This document shows positions 61,406 to 64,000 of a stretch of DNA of 64,000 nucleotides, in pieces; position 1 is the first letter of the stretch, and every line of letters begins with the position of its first letter. Both the position numbers and the translations under genes were made by a program. The notes beneath the pieces were generated by a model, which saw nothing but the letters and a program-made list of their open reading frames with translations, was not told the origin of the DNA and made no database searches. The stretch comes from Antedon mediterranea (taxonomy: Eukaryota > Animalia > Echinodermata), in NCBI RefSeq assembly GCF_964355755.1, contig NW_027306095.1, positions 1 to 64,000 of the forward strand, written 5' to 3'.

Positions 61406-64000
61406 GATTACACAAAAATATCAAAGTGCTTAAAATCACATTTGAAACCGTTTTAGACCATTTTGAGCATTTCGATAAAACTTTTCACACAAAACATCAA
61501 AGTGCACAAATTAACTTCAAATCGCAATTGGAGACGTTTTAGACCATTTTGTGCATTTCGATGAAACTTTTCACACAAAAACGACAAAGTGCACAAAATA
61601 GCTTCAAATCGCATTTAGAGACGTTTTAGACAATTTTGTACATTTCGATGAAACTGGATTACACAAAAAATCAAAGTGCACAGAATTGCTTCAAATCGCA
61701 TTTGGAGACGTTTTAGACCATTTTGTGCATTTCGAAAAAACTTTTCACACAAAAACGACAAAGTGCACAAAATAGCTTCAAATCGCATTTGCAGACGTTT
61801 TAGACCATTTTGTGCATTTCGATGAAACTTTTCACACAAAAACATCAAAGTGCACAAAATTGCTTCAAATCGCATTTGGAGACGTTTTAGACCATTTTGA
61901 GCATTTCGATGAAACTTTTCACACAAAAACGACAAAGTGCACAAAATAGCTTCAAATCGCATTTAGAGACGTTTTAGACAATTTTGTGCCTTTCGATGAA
62001 ACTTTTCACAAAAACACATCAAAGTGCACAAAATAGCTTCAAATCGCATTTGCAGACGTTTTAGACCATTTTGTGCATTTCGATGAAACTTTTCACACAA
62101 AAACATCAAAGTGCACAAAATTGCTTCAAATCGCATTTGGAGACGTTTTAGACCATTTTGAGCATTTCGATGAAACTTTTCATACAAAAACATCAAAGTG
62201 CACAAAATAGCTTCAAATCGCATTTGCAGACGTTTTAGACCATTTTGTGCATTTCGATGAAACTTTTCACACAAAAACATCAAAGTGCACAAAATTTCTT
62301 CAAATCGCATTTGGAGACGTTTTAGACCATTTTTAGCATTTCGATGAAACTTTTCACACAAAAACGACAAAGTGCACAAAATAGCTTCAAATCGCATTTA
62401 GAGCCGTTTTAGACCATTTTGTGCATTTCGATGAAACTTTTCACAAAAAAACATCAAAGTGCACAAAATAGCTTCAAATCGCATTTAGAGACGTTTTAGA
62501 CCATTTTGTGCATTTCGATGAAACTTTTCACACAAAAACATCAAAGTGCACAAAATAGCTTCAAATCGCATTTAGAGACGTTTTAGACCATTTTGTGCAT
62601 TTCGATGAAACTTTTCAGAAAAAAACATCAAAGTGCACAAAATAGCTTCAAATCGCATTTGGAGACGTTTTAGACCATTTTGAGCATTTCGATGAAACTT
62701 TTCACACAAAAACGACAAAGTGCACAAAATAGCTTCAAATCGCATTTAGAGACGTTTTAGACCATTTTGTGCATTTCGATGAAACTTTTCACACAAAAAC
62801 ATCAAAGTGCACAAAATAGCTTCAAATCGCATTTAGAGACGTTTTAGACCATGTTGTGCTTTTCGAAAAAACTTGATTACACAAAAATATCAAAGTGCTT
62901 AAAATCACATTTGAAACCGTTTTAGACAATTTTGAGCATTTCGATAAAACTTTTCACACAAAACATTAAAAGTGCACAAAATAGCAAACTTTTTACAAAA
63001 AAAAAATTAAAGTGCACAAAAGAGCTCCAAATGGCATTTGGAGACGTTTTAGAACATTTTGTGCATTTCGAAAAAACTTTACACTCAAAAACATCAAAGT
63101 GCATACAATAGCTTAATATCGTATTTGGAGACGTTTTAGACAATTTTGTGCATTTCGATGAAACTTTTCACACAAAAACATCAAAGTGCACAAAATAGCT
63201 TCAAATCGCATTTGCAGACGTTTTAAACCATTTTGTGCATTTCGATGAAACTTGATTACACAAAAACATCAAAGTGCTTAAAATCACATTTGAAACCGTT
63301 TTAGACCATTTTGAGCATTTCGATAAAACTTTTCACACAAAACATCAAAGTGCACAAAATAACTTCAAATCGCAATTGGAGACGTTTTAGACCATTTTGT
63401 GCATTTCGAAAAAACTTTTCACACAAAAACGACAAAGTGCACAAAATAGCTTCAAATCGCATTTAGAGACGTTTTAGACAATTTTGTACATTTCGATGAA
63501 ACTGGATTACACAAAACATCAAAGTGCACAAAATAGCTTCAAATCGCATTTGCAGACGTTTTAGACCATTTTGTGCATTTCGATGAAACTTTTCACACAA
63601 AAACATCAAAGTGCACAAAATTGCTTCAAATCGTATTTAGAGACGTTTTAGACCATTTTGAGCATTTGGATGAAACTTTTCACACAAAAACGACAAAGTG
63701 CACAAAATAGCTTCAAATCGCATTTAGAGACGTTTTAGACCATTTTGTGCATTTCGATGAAACTTTTCACAAAAAAACATCAAAGTGCACAAAATAGCTT
63801 CAAATCGCATTTAGAGACGTTTTAGACCATTTTGTGCATTTCGATGAAACTTTTCACACAAAAACATCAAAGTGCACAAAATAGCTTCAAATCGCATTTA
63901 GAGACGTTTTAGACCATTTTGAGCATTTCGATGAAACTTTTCACACAAAAACGACAAAGTGCACAAAATATCTTCAAATCGCATTTAGAGACGTTTTAGA
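61390..64000 (-). repeat. Satellite block 8, reverse orientation, truncated by the window end
   Basis: Reverse-complement monomers. Confidence 0.97.

Larger units (their letters stand above)
1..64000. repeat. Satellite DNA array, 87-bp basic monomer (roughly 730-750 monomers), running off both window ends
   Basis: An uninterrupted tandem repeat (e.g. monomer at 323-409). The 29-aa periodicity of the ORF track equals 87 bp. No non-satellite sequence was found. Copy number is estimated as window length divided by monomer length. Confidence 0.99.

Noticed and set aside
1131-63143. Dozens of ORFs encoding MRFEAILCTL...KRLQ 29-aa repeats, and their opposite-strand frames
   Set aside because: 87 bp is divisible by 3 and one frame has a single variable CAA/TAA codon, so ORF length only reflects runs of CAA monomers. 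The 86-bp and 124-bp variants shift the frame. There is no unique N- or C-terminus or recognisable domain.
1-64000. CRISPR array or other repeat-spacer system
   Set aside because: The repeats are partly palindromic, but there are no unique spacers, leader or cas genes; the entire monomer is repeated.
1-64000. Named satellite family, host taxon, or methylation status from retained CpGs
   Set aside because: I do not recognise the monomer. CpG retention in a recently homogenised array is not diagnostic without a mutation-spectrum count and a database search.
1-64000. Transposon or MITE insertion at the orientation switches
   Set aside because: No foreign sequence, terminal repeats distinct from the satellite, or convincing target-site duplications occur at any junction.

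Overview
The whole 64 kb window is one non-coding tandem satellite array, most likely eukaryotic; no taxon or named family can be assigned from the sequence. The basic monomer is 87 bp and about 33% GC (ATGCGATTTGAAGCTATTTTGTGCACTTTGATGTTTTTGTGTGAAAAGTTTCATCGAAATGCACAAAATGGTCTAAAACGTCTCTAA). Recurring variants of 86, 78 and 124-127 bp are arranged in a loose higher-order order. There is no unique sequence, gene, RNA gene, transposon or CRISPR array; all listed ORFs are by-products of the 87 bp = 29 codon period. The interest is architectural. (1) There are seven orientation switches (905/906, ~4064, 8048/8049, ~22197, ~36424, ~39652, 61389/61390), three of them copies of one spacer-less 32-bp perfect palindrome. 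(2) A 24-nt inverted templated insertion forms a 22-bp-arm hairpin at 38486-38530. (3) The standard monomer carries an 18-bp-arm dyad symmetry, which coincides with several breakpoints. (4) Kb-scale inverted copies lie up to about 40 kb apart. (5) There are many recent direct duplications (offsets 214, 628, 791, 803, 1021, 1419, 1660, 2002, 2551, 2936, 3517, 4685 and 7143 bp). (6) Private mutations are locally in excess next to the single-copy inversion junctions. All alignments were done by eye, so block ends are approximate. I found no support for a novel protein-coding system.
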